DNA of 63,227 nucleotides, the filler included, from Octopus bimaculoides (Eukaryota): NCBI RefSeq assembly GCF_001194135.2. It is 4 parts of 4 records of this genome, joined end to end, with 100 filler letters (N's around TTAATTAATTAA, not from the genome) between each part and the next. Parts side by side here need not be neighbours in the genome. Positions count along the whole stretch, not along the records: positions 1 to 16,114 come from NC_068984.1; 3 more parts are not named here. One strand, 5' to 3'. The notes under the pieces are model-generated. The model was not told the DNA's origin. It made no database searches and saw only the letters and a list, made by a program, of their open reading frames with translations. Positions 1 through 11,074 of the stretch are shown here, piece by piece. The position numbers and the translations under genes are program-made. The number at the start of each line of letters is the position of its first letter. Position 1 is the stretch's first letter.

Positions 1-1986
1 CTTAAGTCATTTCGTAACATAACTTGTATGTACAATCTTAGTACAATTTTTGTAATGTCATTTCTCATGAAAAGAAAAAGTTTTATTCAATAAAACAAGG
101 AAAAAATATATCATTGATTTTTTTTCTTGTGAAAATTCCGCGGATTCTTGAAAATAACTCCGCAATATCTGATCAATACGAAAAGAGAAACTCAAAACTT
201 TTCAAAAATAAAGTCATATACTAAATAACTTGGTTGTTATTTCTATTAAAAAAAAAAAAGATATTGAAATGAAACGCGACTTTTTCATGTACGTGTAATC
301 TCATTTATATATGTAAATTGTATTGTCAGTTAATGAGCAATCTTAAATATTATTTGTTTAATTACCTACATATTATATATTTATTTAAATGAAAAGTGAC
401 ATTTTTCCCAAACCAAAATTATGAATTTTTTCACTGACTTTATTTCCGTTCACCGGTGTGTATCCCCACCAAGATTCCTGTTCTAGTATAATACAGAACA
501 CTTTTGTTTTAGAGACTTCATACTTTCATCAAAACATTCCATAATTTTATGCAGGGATATTTTATGTTTCAAAAATTAATTGGATTATGGAAAAGCTAAT
601 TATTTTTGTAAATTTCTTCATATTCTGGATTACTTTTGAAAAATAATATGATAACGAAAAAGTTGTAAACGATCCTTTGACGATTAACTCAAAGCCGACT
701 AGTAAACGAAATTTACGATAAGTGAAAATAATATATAAACTAAGCGTAAGTTTGATCGTCAGTACAAATAAGTGTACTCGGAAACAGTTTGCTGTTTAAG
801 AAATATACTTTTAGTATCTCTCCAGGGTGTTTTTGTCTCCTGATTGCGTGGATGATCTAACTTGATCGAAGTTTTTCTACAGACAGTATTTACTACATGT
901 ATGATACCCTATGTAAAAGAACAGTTGCAGGTAATATTTAAGTTTTGTCTACAAAACTTACAAATACATAAAAAACAAAAATATTCGTTGCGAAATTAGT
1001 ATATGGTGAAAGAAATAATGTTTTGAAATAATTAAACATTTTCATTCAATAATTTGTACTTAAGGTAAACACTATTAAACTTTTGATGGTAATATTCAAA
1101 GAGAATAAGCTTAGCAAGTAATTATATAGAGTTACTACTGAAAAGGGTGCGGGTAATTTAAAGCTGGCTATAGCGACTGCTAATTTATATGCGCAACAGT
1201 TTAAATTATTGTGACAGTCCAACATTTACCAGAGGAATGTCGCAGGCGTTGTGATAGTCAAAGAAGAGTCCGAGATCTACGAGGCGAAATATTTAATGTT
1301 TGGAACCTGTGAGTCGAAGAAATATAATTTTGTGTCATTGATTTATAGTTAACGTACAGTAGATTAATTGGTTATATTTTAAAATATTAAATGTTATGAT
1401 TGTTCTGTACTTGTAGACATATATCTAATGAATTACGATTATATTTCTTTTTACCAATAGGTAAATATGTATCTACAATTTCATTTCGCTGTTGTATATC
1501 TAAGCAACTGAGCCAACGAGAGATCTTCTACACAGGTGTTGGGCTGCTAGACGTAGTAAATTTCACATCCTACCGATTTAAAACAGGAAGGACACATAGG
1601 CCAGTGTAGTGTTAAATGTTTTTTTAAAAAAAGGGGATGATCAAGGTTAGACTGCTTTCAGTCTCCGATCATAGGTTTGATTGTTCCTTATAGACAATTG
1701 CCCGAGTTGGACAACACTGATTACAAACGAGGCAATTCTACATGGTCACTCGGCTTGCTAGAAAACACAGTCAAATCTCCTGTAAACGTTTACTATCTCA
1801 GAAAAAGCAACATTGTTCGGTGTACAATCCCAGACAAAAAAGAAGAAAAAAAGACGATATAGTAATGGCTGGAATGGCAAAGAAATCATAGGTATGTCTG
1901 TTCTATCAGAGCTTACTTCAGGTTAAATCGTCAGTGATTGTTAACATGCATACAATGAAAAAAGTTAAGATTTTTAAAACTGTAAA

Positions 1987-2029
<43 letters not shown>

Positions 2030-2108
2030 TATATATCAATCATGCATTGCATAAAATATATTATATTTATTAAACACACACACACATATATATATTGTTA
2101 TTATTATT

Positions 2109-2662
2109 GAGTGAGAGAACAGTACATGCCATCAAAGTGATACTGGGGTAAAATATCTGAAGCCTAGTATACCCATCATGACTACCCGTTGGATAAGGAT
2201 ACACCAGGCATATGTATCACAACCATATGTGCGCGACATGGTAATCTAATATAAAGATTAGCAGCGCATGACCTTGCAGGTGGGGTCCAGTTAGAATTTT
2301 CTTCAAGTTGAGTAGCCCATCCTGCTCAAAAGGTCCCAGAATAAGGGTTGTTTAAGGATGTTGAATGAAACACCCATGTTTCCAGAGTTGAATTATCCAA
2401 ATCCCAAAGAATTCCTCTCAATTAATGGCTGTGATGCTCCCCCACTACTTCTACTCATAATCAGAGATGCACATATCGTCAGCCACTAAGAGATATGCTC
2501 TACTAGTTAAGGTCAAACAACTGACAAGCAAATCTGTGGTATTGAGCAGAATATTTGCTGTAGCCCATCTTTTATACCAAGACAAAACAATGTGCATGAT
2601 AATGCTTCTAATCAGTTAAGATGAGCAGCCATGAAAGCCACTGCCTGGTACTACATCAGGGC

Positions 2663-2666
<4 letters not shown>
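2109..2666. repeat. Unclassified ~560-bp dispersed repeat, bounded by TTA runs on both sides
   Basis: GC-richer, ORF-less block between TTATTATT (about 2098-2108) and (TTA)n (2667-2720). It resembles a high-copy octopus repeat from recall; only one copy is in this window. Confidence 0.5.
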
Positions 2667-2704
<38 letters not shown>

Positions 2705-2724
2705 CATTATTGTTATTATATACA

Positions 2725-2885
2725 TTATAGGCATGGCTGTGTTGTAAGAAGTTTGCTTCCTAACCACATGGTTCTGGATTCAGTCTCACTGCCTGGCACA
2801 GTGGGCTAGTATCTTTTATCATAGCCCCAGGCTAACCAAAGCCTTGTGTGTGGATTTAGTTGATGGAAACTAAAAGAAGCCTGTT
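2725..2885 (+). mobile_element. tRNA-derived SINE family 1, 5' half
   Basis: Aligns to 9458-9620 (GGCTGTG..GTAAGAAG.TTGCTTCC.AACCACATGGTTC...GGAAACT.AAAGAAGCC). Pol III A/B-box-like motifs are present. Confidence 0.85.
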
Positions 2886-2894
2886 GTTGTTGTT

Positions 2895-4768
2895 GTTTAT
2901 CATCGTCATCATTTAGCATTCATTTTCTATGCTAAAATGGGTTAGGTGGTTTGACTGGAACTGGTAAGCCAGAGAACTGCACCAGTCTCTAGTCTGTTTT
3001 GGCTTGACTTCTACAACTTGGTTCCCTTCCTAATGCCGACCACTCCACAGAGTGTGCCAAATGCCTTTATTGTGTCACTGATACTCGTGCCTATAATGTG
3101 TCACTGGCACGAGTGCTATTTTTGTGTCACCAGGGCAGGTGTTTTTTATGTGTTACCAGCATCAGTCATGACTATGATTTCACTAAGCTTGACATGTCTT
3201 TTCAAGCATAGCAAATTGCTAATTGTCTCAGTTACTTATCATCACCTCTGTGAGACTCAACATCCAAAGATCATATTTCATTACATCATCCTGCCTCTGC
3301 TTGGGTCTACCTCTTCCATAGGTTCCTTCCTCAGTTATAGATCAGCATTTCTTTATGCAGCTGTCAATATGCATCACATGGCCATACCAGTACAATCTTC
3401 TCTCTTGCACACTACATCTGATGCCTCTTATGCCCAATTTTTCTCTTAAGACACTCACACTCACATACATGAACACTGACATTGCACATCCAGTAGAGCA
3501 TTCTAGCTCCATTGCTTTCAAGCCTTCATATATCCTTTGCAGTCACAGCCCATGTTTCACTGTCATATAGCATAGCTGTTTGCATACAGGTATCATACAC
3601 TCTGTCTTTCATTCTGAAGGAGAGGACCTTTTTTACCTTCAAAGGTCGTAGCTCCCTGAACTCTCTCGGCCCATTCTTATACTAGCAGCTACACTCTCAG
3701 AGCATCTTCTTCCGCTGCTGATTTGGCCACCTTAGTAACAGAAGTTATCTACTACTTCTAAATACCCACCTAGGTATTTAACAAAGTCTATTCTTTGTAC
3801 ATTCCTAGTGTTTATTGTGCCTACACATGTCACATACAAAGACTGCATTCTCTGTTAGCCTTCCTCTGATACTGCTGCACCTCTTATGTGTCCAAAACTT
3901 GCACTGGGTACACCTTATGAAGTTTCTACCTACACCTTTTGCACATATTGAGCAGGGCCATCTCCCTGAAGGGATTTGTGACTTGTTTGTTTTCCTACTT
4001 TGCTAAATCAACTCTAAGCTCTTTGATTTCAAACCTTGCTTCCACACCTGAAATTTCTTCTCTATTTCTGGTAGTAATTCAGCTATAAGAACAAGGTCAT
4101 CAGCATAGAGGATGTACTAAGGACAGCCCTTTGTAAATTCCTCTGTTATGGCCTAGAAGACTATGATGAACAAGAGAGAGCTGAGAAACAATCCCTAGTG
4201 AACTCCTACCGGTACACTGAATTCATTGTTATACTTGTTGCAAATTTTCACCATATTGACAGCATCCCTGTACATGGCTTGTATGACTCTCACCAAACAT
4301 TCATCTATCCCTAGCTTCCTCATTGACCACCAGATAAGGGAGCAGGGTACCTTGTCATAGGCTTTCTCTATGTCAACAAAAACCAGGTACATAGGTTTAT
4401 TTTTGGCTGACTACTTCTCCTGTAGCTACCTTACCAGTATAGCAACAGTAGTGCTTCTCCCGAGCACAAACCAAACTGCATCTCATCTACATTAACTCTC
4501 TTCCTAATTAGTTCAACTATGACCCTCTCTGTAACTTTCATCATCTGGTCCCACAGTTTGATACCTCTAATTATTTCTGTCTAAGGTGGCACCTTTACCT
4601 TTGTAGCAGTCATTGCATATGATTCCCTTATAGGCAAGTTGATTAACTGTACAGGTTACTAGACCATATCCCACTCTGCCAAATATTTTAAGCATCTCAG
4701 CAGTGATTCCTGATAGGCTAGAAGCTTTTCCTGTCTTCATATCCTTTCTTAGCTTTATCTACTAAGCT
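2895..4768 (-). mobile_element. RTE-clade LINE, 5'-truncated and decayed (RT plus 3' UTR)
   Basis: Minus-strand frames give MKTGKASSLSGITAEMLK, RGIKLWDQMMKVTERV, VFVDIEKAYDKVP..LIWWSMRKLGIDE, LYADDL and GRGRPK. The element ends in a (GAT)n-type tail and has many stops and indels. Confidence 0.92.
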
Positions 4769-5135
4769 ACTGGCGAGCCAGATGGCAGCACTAGGCTCCA
4801 ATCTGATCTGGCAGAGTTTCTACAGCTGGATGCCCTTCCTAACGCCAACCACTCCGATAGTGTAGTGGGTGCTTTTTACGTGCCACTGGCATGAGGGCCA
4901 GTAAGGCGGTACTGGCAACGACCATGCTCAAATGGTGTTTTTTATGTGCCACCTGCACAGGAACCAGTCCAGCGGCACTGGCAACGACCTTGTTCGAATG
5001 TTGTTATTCACGTGCCACCGGTACAAGTGCCAGTAAGGCGATGCTGGTAACGATCATGCTTGAATGGTGCTTTTTATGTGCCACCGGCACAGGAGCCAGT
5101 CAGCGGCCCTGGCAACGATCATGCTCGGATGGTGC
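4769..5135 (-). mobile_element. RTE LINE 3' UTR fragment with four ~64-bp tandem units
   Basis: Contains TTTCTACAGCTGGATGCCCTTCCTAACGCCAACCACTCC, shared with 14105-14142. It lacks the terminal CATCAT tail and is fused to the 5' end of the 2895-4768 copy. Confidence 0.88.
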
Positions 5136-5241
5136 TATATATATATATATATATTGATAGAAAAGGACAAAAGAAAGAAAGAGACCTCGATATTATGTAA
5201 ATAGAGGAATTTATCTGTAAAAATATGTGACAATTATTCGG

Positions 5242-5315
5242 TGGCCATGATAAAACTCTGAGTTTCGGATGCCGGGGCGGAAATACACGCCGCCATCTCT
5301 TCAGTTATCTGGCCA
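5242..5315 (-). ncRNA. Type I hammerhead ribozyme motif, core intact
   Basis: Minus strand reads UGGCCA-GAUAA CUGAAGA GAUG..CAUC C GAAA CUC A GAG U U UUAUC-A-UGGCCA. Stem I is 5+6 bp, stem II is GAUG/CAUC plus GCGG/CCGC, and stem III is ACUC/GAGU. The predicted GUU site cleaves between 5254 and 5253. Confidence 0.75.
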
Positions 5316-5360
5316 TTGAAAATTCCTAAGATAGGAAAATTCCTAGATAGGAATTTTCAA

Positions 5361-5434
5361 TGGCCAGATAACTGAAGAGATGGTGGCGTGGGTTTCCGCC
5401 CCGGCATCCAAAACTCAGAGTTTTATCATGGCTA
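5361..5434 (+). ncRNA. Hammerhead motif, probably inactive twin (G12 to A at 5410)
   Basis: Same fold as 5242-5315, with CTGAAGA at 5372-5378, but CGAAAC is changed to CAAAAC. Confidence 0.65.
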
Positions 5435-5512
5435 CCAAATGATTGTCACATATTTTTACAGATATATATATAAAACTTATTTGGAAAAGGATGCGTGGTG
5501 GTCAATCATATA

Positions 5513-8500
5513 ATCATCATCATCATCATCATCATCGTTTAATGGCCAAGCTCAAAATGGTGTTTTTTACGTGCCACCTGCACAAGAGCCAGTCCAGCGG
5601 CACTGGCAGCGACCACGCTCGGACGGTGCTGTTAGTGCTCCACTGGCACAGGTGCCAGTCATCGAATATGGTTCAATTATGATTTCAATTTCGATTTCAC
5701 TTGCCCCAACAGGTCTTTGCAATCAGAGTTTAGTGTCCAATGAAAGAGAGGTTGGCATGGGTGCCAGTCGTCAAATTTAATTTGATTTCGATTTCACTTG
5801 CCTCAACAAATCTTCGTAAGCAGAGTTTAGTGTTCAATGAAGTAAAGATACGAATAAGTGAGCTGGCTACACTTCTGGCAGAGGCTACGGATTATGGTCT
5901 CCCTTGGCTTGCTGGGTCTTCTCACGCACTGCATATTTCCAAAGGTCCCGGTCACTATTCATTGTCTCGGTGAGGCCTAATGTTCGAAGGTCGTGCTTCA
6001 CCACCTCATCCCAGGTCTTCCTGGGATGAGGTGGTGAAGCTCTTCCACAGGTTCCCTCAACCGGTAGGGTGTGACACTTTTTCACATAGCTATCCTCATC
6101 CATTCTTGTCACTTGACCATACCAGCGCAATCATCTCTCTTGCACACCATAACTGATGCTTCTTAGGTTCAACTTTTCTCTCAAGGTACTTACACTCTGT
6201 CGAGTATGCACACTGACATTACACATCCATCGGAGCATACTGGCTTCGTTTCTTGTGAGCTGAAGCATGTCCTCAGCAGTTACGGCCCATGTTTCACTGC
6301 TATGTAGCATGGTGGTTCATACACATGCGTCATACAGTCTGCCTTTTACTCTGAGCGAGAGGCCCTTTGTCACCAGCAGAAGTAAGAGCTCTCTGAACTT
6401 TGCCCAGGCTATTCTTATTCTAGCAGCTACACTTTCAGTGCACCCTCCCCCGCTACTAACTTGGTCACCTAGATAGCGGAAGCTATCAACTACTTCTAGT
6501 TTTTCTCCCTGGAACGTGGCAAAGGTTGTTTTCTGCACATTTTCAGTGTTTATTGCTCCTGATCATCTGCCACACAAATACTATCTTGCTAGTTAGCCTT
6601 CCTTTGATATTGCTGCACCTCTTATGTGTCCATAGCTTACACTGGGTACATCTTATGGAGTTTCTACCTACACCTTTTCTACAGATCGAGCAGGGCTATC
6701 TACCTGAAGGGGTTTGTGTTTTGTCTACCTTCCTACTTATTAGGACTTTGTTTTTAGCTAGGTTGACTCTAAGGCCCTTCGATTCTAGTCCTTGCTTCCA
6801 CACCTGAAACTTCTCTAGTTCTAATAGTGACTCAGCAATTAGTGGAAGGTCATCAGCATAGAGGAGCTCCCAGGGGCATCCTGTCTTGAATTCCTCTGTT
6901 ATAGCCTGGAGGACTATGATAAATAGGAGGGGGCTGAGGANNNNNNNNNNNNNNNNNNNNNNNNNNNNNNNNNNNNNNNNNNNNNNNNNNNNNNNNNNNN
7001 NNNNNNNNNNNNNNNNNNNNNNNNNNNNNNNNNNNNNNNNNNNNNNNNNNNNNNNNNNNNNNNNNNNNNNNNNNNNNNNNNNNNNNNNNNNNNNNNNNNN
7101 NNNNNNNNNNNNNNNNNNNNNNNNNNNNNNNNACTGAACCTTGGTGGACCCCTACCTCTACCTGGAATTCTTCACTGTACTCGTTGCCAACCCTCACCTT
7201 ACTGACAGCGTCCCTGTACGTGGCTCGCATAGCTCTCACTAACCATTCATCTATCCCTAGTTTCCTCATTGACCACCAGATAAGGGATTGGGGGACCCTG
7301 TCAAAGGCTTTCTCCATGTCAATGAAAGCCAGGTACAGAGGTTTATCTTTGGCTAGGTATTTCTCCTGCAGCTGTCTTACCAGAAATATAGCATCAGTGG
7401 TGCTTTTCCCTGGCACGAACCCAAACTGCATTTCATCTAAACTGACTTGTTCCCTAATTAGTTGGGCTAAGACCCTCTCCGTGACTTTCATTACCTGATC
7501 CAACAACTTGATACCATGGTACTGTCAACTCAGATAGCTGGTCCCTCTGTTGGGTCGACATTCGGCAGACTCTCTTTCTCCCATTCACTCTCTTTATTGA
7601 ACAACCTTTCATAGTGACGTCTCCAAACCTCTCTCTTTGCAGCCATGCTTAGTGCAAGTGAACTATCATCCAGTGGACACATTTCTCTCCTACGACATCA
7701 CGATTCTCACACTATCTTGCAACACGAAATACCTCAAGTCTTTGGTCCTCATGGTGCAGAACATTGGCAAATTTTTTCTTATCTGCTTCCCCTTTGGCTA
7801 AATAAACCTGTCTCCTAGCTTTCCTCCTGGCAGTCTGATACAATTCCCTGCTATCACCGTTCTTCCAGTCCTTCCAAGCTGGTTTCTTTTGTCTAATAGC
7901 CCTGTCAACAACATTGTTCCACCACCACGTTATTTTTGGTCGAGAAGGGACTTTGCACCATCCACAGATCTGGTCAGTGGCCCTGAGCAGGTTGTCCCGT
8001 AGAAACCTCCAGTTATCTTCTACATCATGTGAAGCTATATCCCCTTCTATTTCGTTAAAGGCTTCGAGTAATATGTCTCTAAATTTCTGTCCATTTGCAG
8101 CATCTTTAAGCTTCCAGTCCCTTCTCCTCCATGCTGGTCTTCTTCTGGGCAACCACTTAGCCCTGATCCTGAAGTCACTAACTACTTGTCTATGTTGTGG
8201 GGTACATTCTTCGCCTGGGAAGGTTTTGGCATTTATANNNNNNNNNNTCTATGTTGTGGGGTACATTCTTCGCCTGGGAAGGTTTTGGCATTTATAAGCA
8301 GCCATCTTTCCCTTTTTCTGGTGAGGATGTAGTCGATTTGGCTATTGTGTCTGCAGACCGGTAGGTGACTAGGTGACTGGCAGGTTTCCTGAAGTTAGTA
8401 TTGCAAACCATGAGGTCATTTGTATTGCAGAATTTCAGCAGCCTGGTTCCCTCCTCATTGCGGGAACCAAAGCCATAGCCTCCATGTATGTCATGGAAGC

Positions 8501-9430
8501 TTCTTGTATTTTGTCCAACATGTCCATTGAAGTCACTAGCCACAAAGAGAAGGTCCCTGTCATTCATTGACAAGGTAGTCTGCAGGAGGGTGTCATAAAA
8601 TTGGTCTTTCTGTCCATCAGGTAGTCCCGGCTGAGGGGCATAGGCCGAGATATTGGTTGCTAACCCACGATGAAGGACTAATCTAATCTTAAGTATTCCA
8701 TCGCATACTCTGACTACCTCGATTACCTTATCCACCCATTTCTCTGCAAGAAGTATACCTACACCCCCGACCCCGTCAGTGTTCCCTGCCCAGAAAATCT
8801 TGAACCTATGTTCTTTGCCTCAACAATCTAACCAGACCTACCTTTCACTGTGCTGACGTTGAGAGTGCAACCCTGAGGGTGTGGGAGATATCGGCCCATG
8901 AGACCCTGGGACGGGGGACAGGAGTGTCATGTACCTGAAAAGAAAGCTCGCATTTGGCAGAATTGATAAACAAGCAGTAGCCTTCAACTCAACTTGCATA
9001 GACTACACTATCATATTTTTGCACTACATGATCAAGTCTTACATAGGAAATAAACCCTAAGTAGGAGTGGGGGGGCTTGAAGCCTTTAGAAGTGTTCATG
9101 GGAGACAACCAAAGGATGGGAGAGGATAGGAACTTCCGGTACTGGTGAAGNNNNNNNNNNNNNNNNNNNNNNNNNNNNNNNNNNNNNNNNNNNNNNNNNN
9201 NNNNNNNNNNNNNNNNNNNNNNNNNNNNNNNNNNNNNNNNNNNNNNNNNGTGCAGAGTGAGATCGAGTAGGGAAACCTAGGTGCGAGCGTAAGTTTATAG
9301 TCTTAGTGAAGTGAGAGGTAATCGAAAAGGGGAGAGGGATGGAGAGAGTGAGATTGAGAGAGACAGAGTAAGGCATAGAGAGGGATTAGGGTTAGTGGTC
9401 AGCACACGTGGGGGAAAGATATACTTTTGA
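5513..9430 (-). mobile_element. Near full-length RTE-clade LINE (AP endonuclease plus RT), decayed, with an internal deletion and assembly gaps
   Basis: EN motifs: TLNVSTVKGRSG, ISAYAPQPG, ASDFNGHVG, LMVCNTNFRK. RT motifs: QFGFVPGKSTTDAIF, AFIDMEKAFDRVP, GVHQGS, LLYADDL, FRYLG, RWYGQVTRM. It has a (GAT)n tail at 5513-5535. About 200 bp of the RT N-terminus is missing near 7515. Confidence 0.95.
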
Positions 9431-9457
9431 GATTTGTGTAACATAGTTTAACGAGAC

Positions 9458-9621
9458 AGGCATAGGAGAGGCTGCGTGGTAAGAAGCTTGCTTCCTGACC
9501 ACATGGTTCTGGGTTCAGTCCCACTGCATGGCACCTCGGGCAAGTGTCTTCTGCTATAGCCTCAGGCCAACCAAAGCTTTGTGAGTGGATTTGGTAGACA
9601 GAAACTGAAAGAAGCCTGTCT

Positions 9622-9655
<34 letters not shown>

Positions 9656-9866
9656 CGCGTCTGTGTTTGTCCCCCCTCCCCCTCCATTGCTTGACAACTG
9701 ATGTTGGTGTGTTTACGTCCCTGTAACTTAGCAATTTGCCAAAAGAGACTGACAGAATAAGTACCAGGCTTATAAAGAATAAGTCCTGGGTTCGATTTGT
9801 TCGACTAAAGGCAGTGCTCCAGCATGGTCACAGTCAAATGACTTAAACAAGTAAAAAAAAAGAGAG
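9458..9866 (+). mobile_element. tRNA-derived SINE family 1, full length with internal (TA)n(TG)n
   Basis: The 5' tRNA-like head has GGTTCAGTCCC as a B-box-like motif, followed by a central microsatellite and an A-rich 3' end. Paralogues are at 24153-24552 and 61829-62229. Confidence 0.92.
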
Positions 9867-10018
9867 TATATATATATATTATGGTTATGAGAGGTAATGG
9901 TGTCAAGGAGACCCAAAGGTGTCAGGTAATGCTGAGTAAGTGCTATGGACAGACTATAGTTAAGCTCTAGGTTCGATGATTATGCAAATGGAGAGTCCAA
10001 CGTATGTCATATATTAGC

Positions 10019-10059
<41 letters not shown>

Positions 10060-10229
10060 TACATATGCACACGCACACACACACACACTCACACATACTT
10101 ATATATGTACATATATGTATACATGCAATTTTATGTGCATATGTAAGTGGACTTACAATATTTAGATAGAGGTAGAGTCTTAATTATTAATATTGTTAGG
10201 TTTGAAAGATTTAAAAGGTTTAAGAAAAT

Positions 10230-10770
10230 AAAAGATTTAAAAATTTAATAAAAATATCAATAAATGATCATACTAATACCATGGTTTTAAATATAGGTAA
10301 TATGTATACCACTTATATGGTAAAAATATTAATAGTGGGTTATTAATTTTCAGAAAGTTAATAGGTAATTAGAATAGTAGTATATATATTAATGTGGAAT
10401 ATATATATAGTGCAATTAACAATGAAAGGGACATTATAAATTATTGTATAAAGTTGAGATAAGTTGAGATTAGAATTTGTAAATATTAGAATGTTAAATT
10501 TGAAAGTTTATAGAATAAAAAAGAATTAAAAATTTAAAAAATAAGCATACTAATATCATTGTTTTAAATATGGGTTATATGTATACTACTAACATAGGAA
10601 AAGTATAAATAGTGGGTTATTAAGTAAGTTGCGGAAAAACTAATATATAACTTTCATGGTGGTATATATATTAATGTGGAATATATATATATAGTGCGAT
10701 TAACAATGAAGGGATAAATTATTGTATTAAGTTAAGATAAGTTGAGATTAAAATTTGGGATTGAATTTTT
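10230..10770. repeat. Imperfect tandem duplication, period ~280 bp, in the 3' flank of a PLE remnant
   Basis: CATACTAATA.CAT.GTTTTAAATAT.GGT.ATATGTATAC...TAGTGGGTTATTAA...ATTAATGTGGAATATATATAT...GATAAGTTGAGATTA occurs at about 10270-10475 and again at about 10547-10752. Confidence 0.85.
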
Positions 10771-11074
10771 TTAATTATCAATAGTAATTGAATATTAAGT
10801 AGTTAATTAATATTATGGGAATAAAAATAGGGGTTATAAGTGTACCTATAATATGAAAAGGTTACTAAATCATATGTAGAGAGTATATGTAATACTTATT
10901 GTGCGATTGGAACATTAAAAGCAGGATTTATATAAAAGATGTTGTTAAGAAGGTGTGTATATATAATCGGAAGGGTTAGGTTTATATAATTTATATTAGA
11001 ATATTTATATCAGATGTATTGTATATTATTATTATTTAGTGAAATATTATGTAGTGAAAGTCAATTATTTATAT

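Larger units (their letters stand above)
5156..5464. repeat. Head-to-head inverted pair of PLE-type terminal repeats (117-bp arms at 5212-5328 and 5348-5464)
   Basis: The arms are reverse complements with about 7 mismatches around a 19-nt spacer. Each arm carries a hammerhead motif, and (TA)n flanks both sides. Confidence 0.85.

Noticed and set aside
1140-1900. GC-richer non-repetitive stretch and ORFs 1400-1609 and 1677-1862 as possible exons
   Set aside because: There is no recognisable protein similarity or convincing splice pair. Part of it (about 1745-1785) matches a short repeat also seen reversed at 47139-47172.
8188-8296. 49-bp direct repeat either side of a 10-N gap in the RTE element
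   Set aside because: The copies are identical and flank a gap, so this is a contig-overlap assembly artefact rather than a TSD.
9458-9530. tRNA-like A/B boxes at SINE heads
   Set aside because: They do not fold into complete cloverleaves and continue into SINE bodies, so I annotated them as SINEs rather than tRNA genes.
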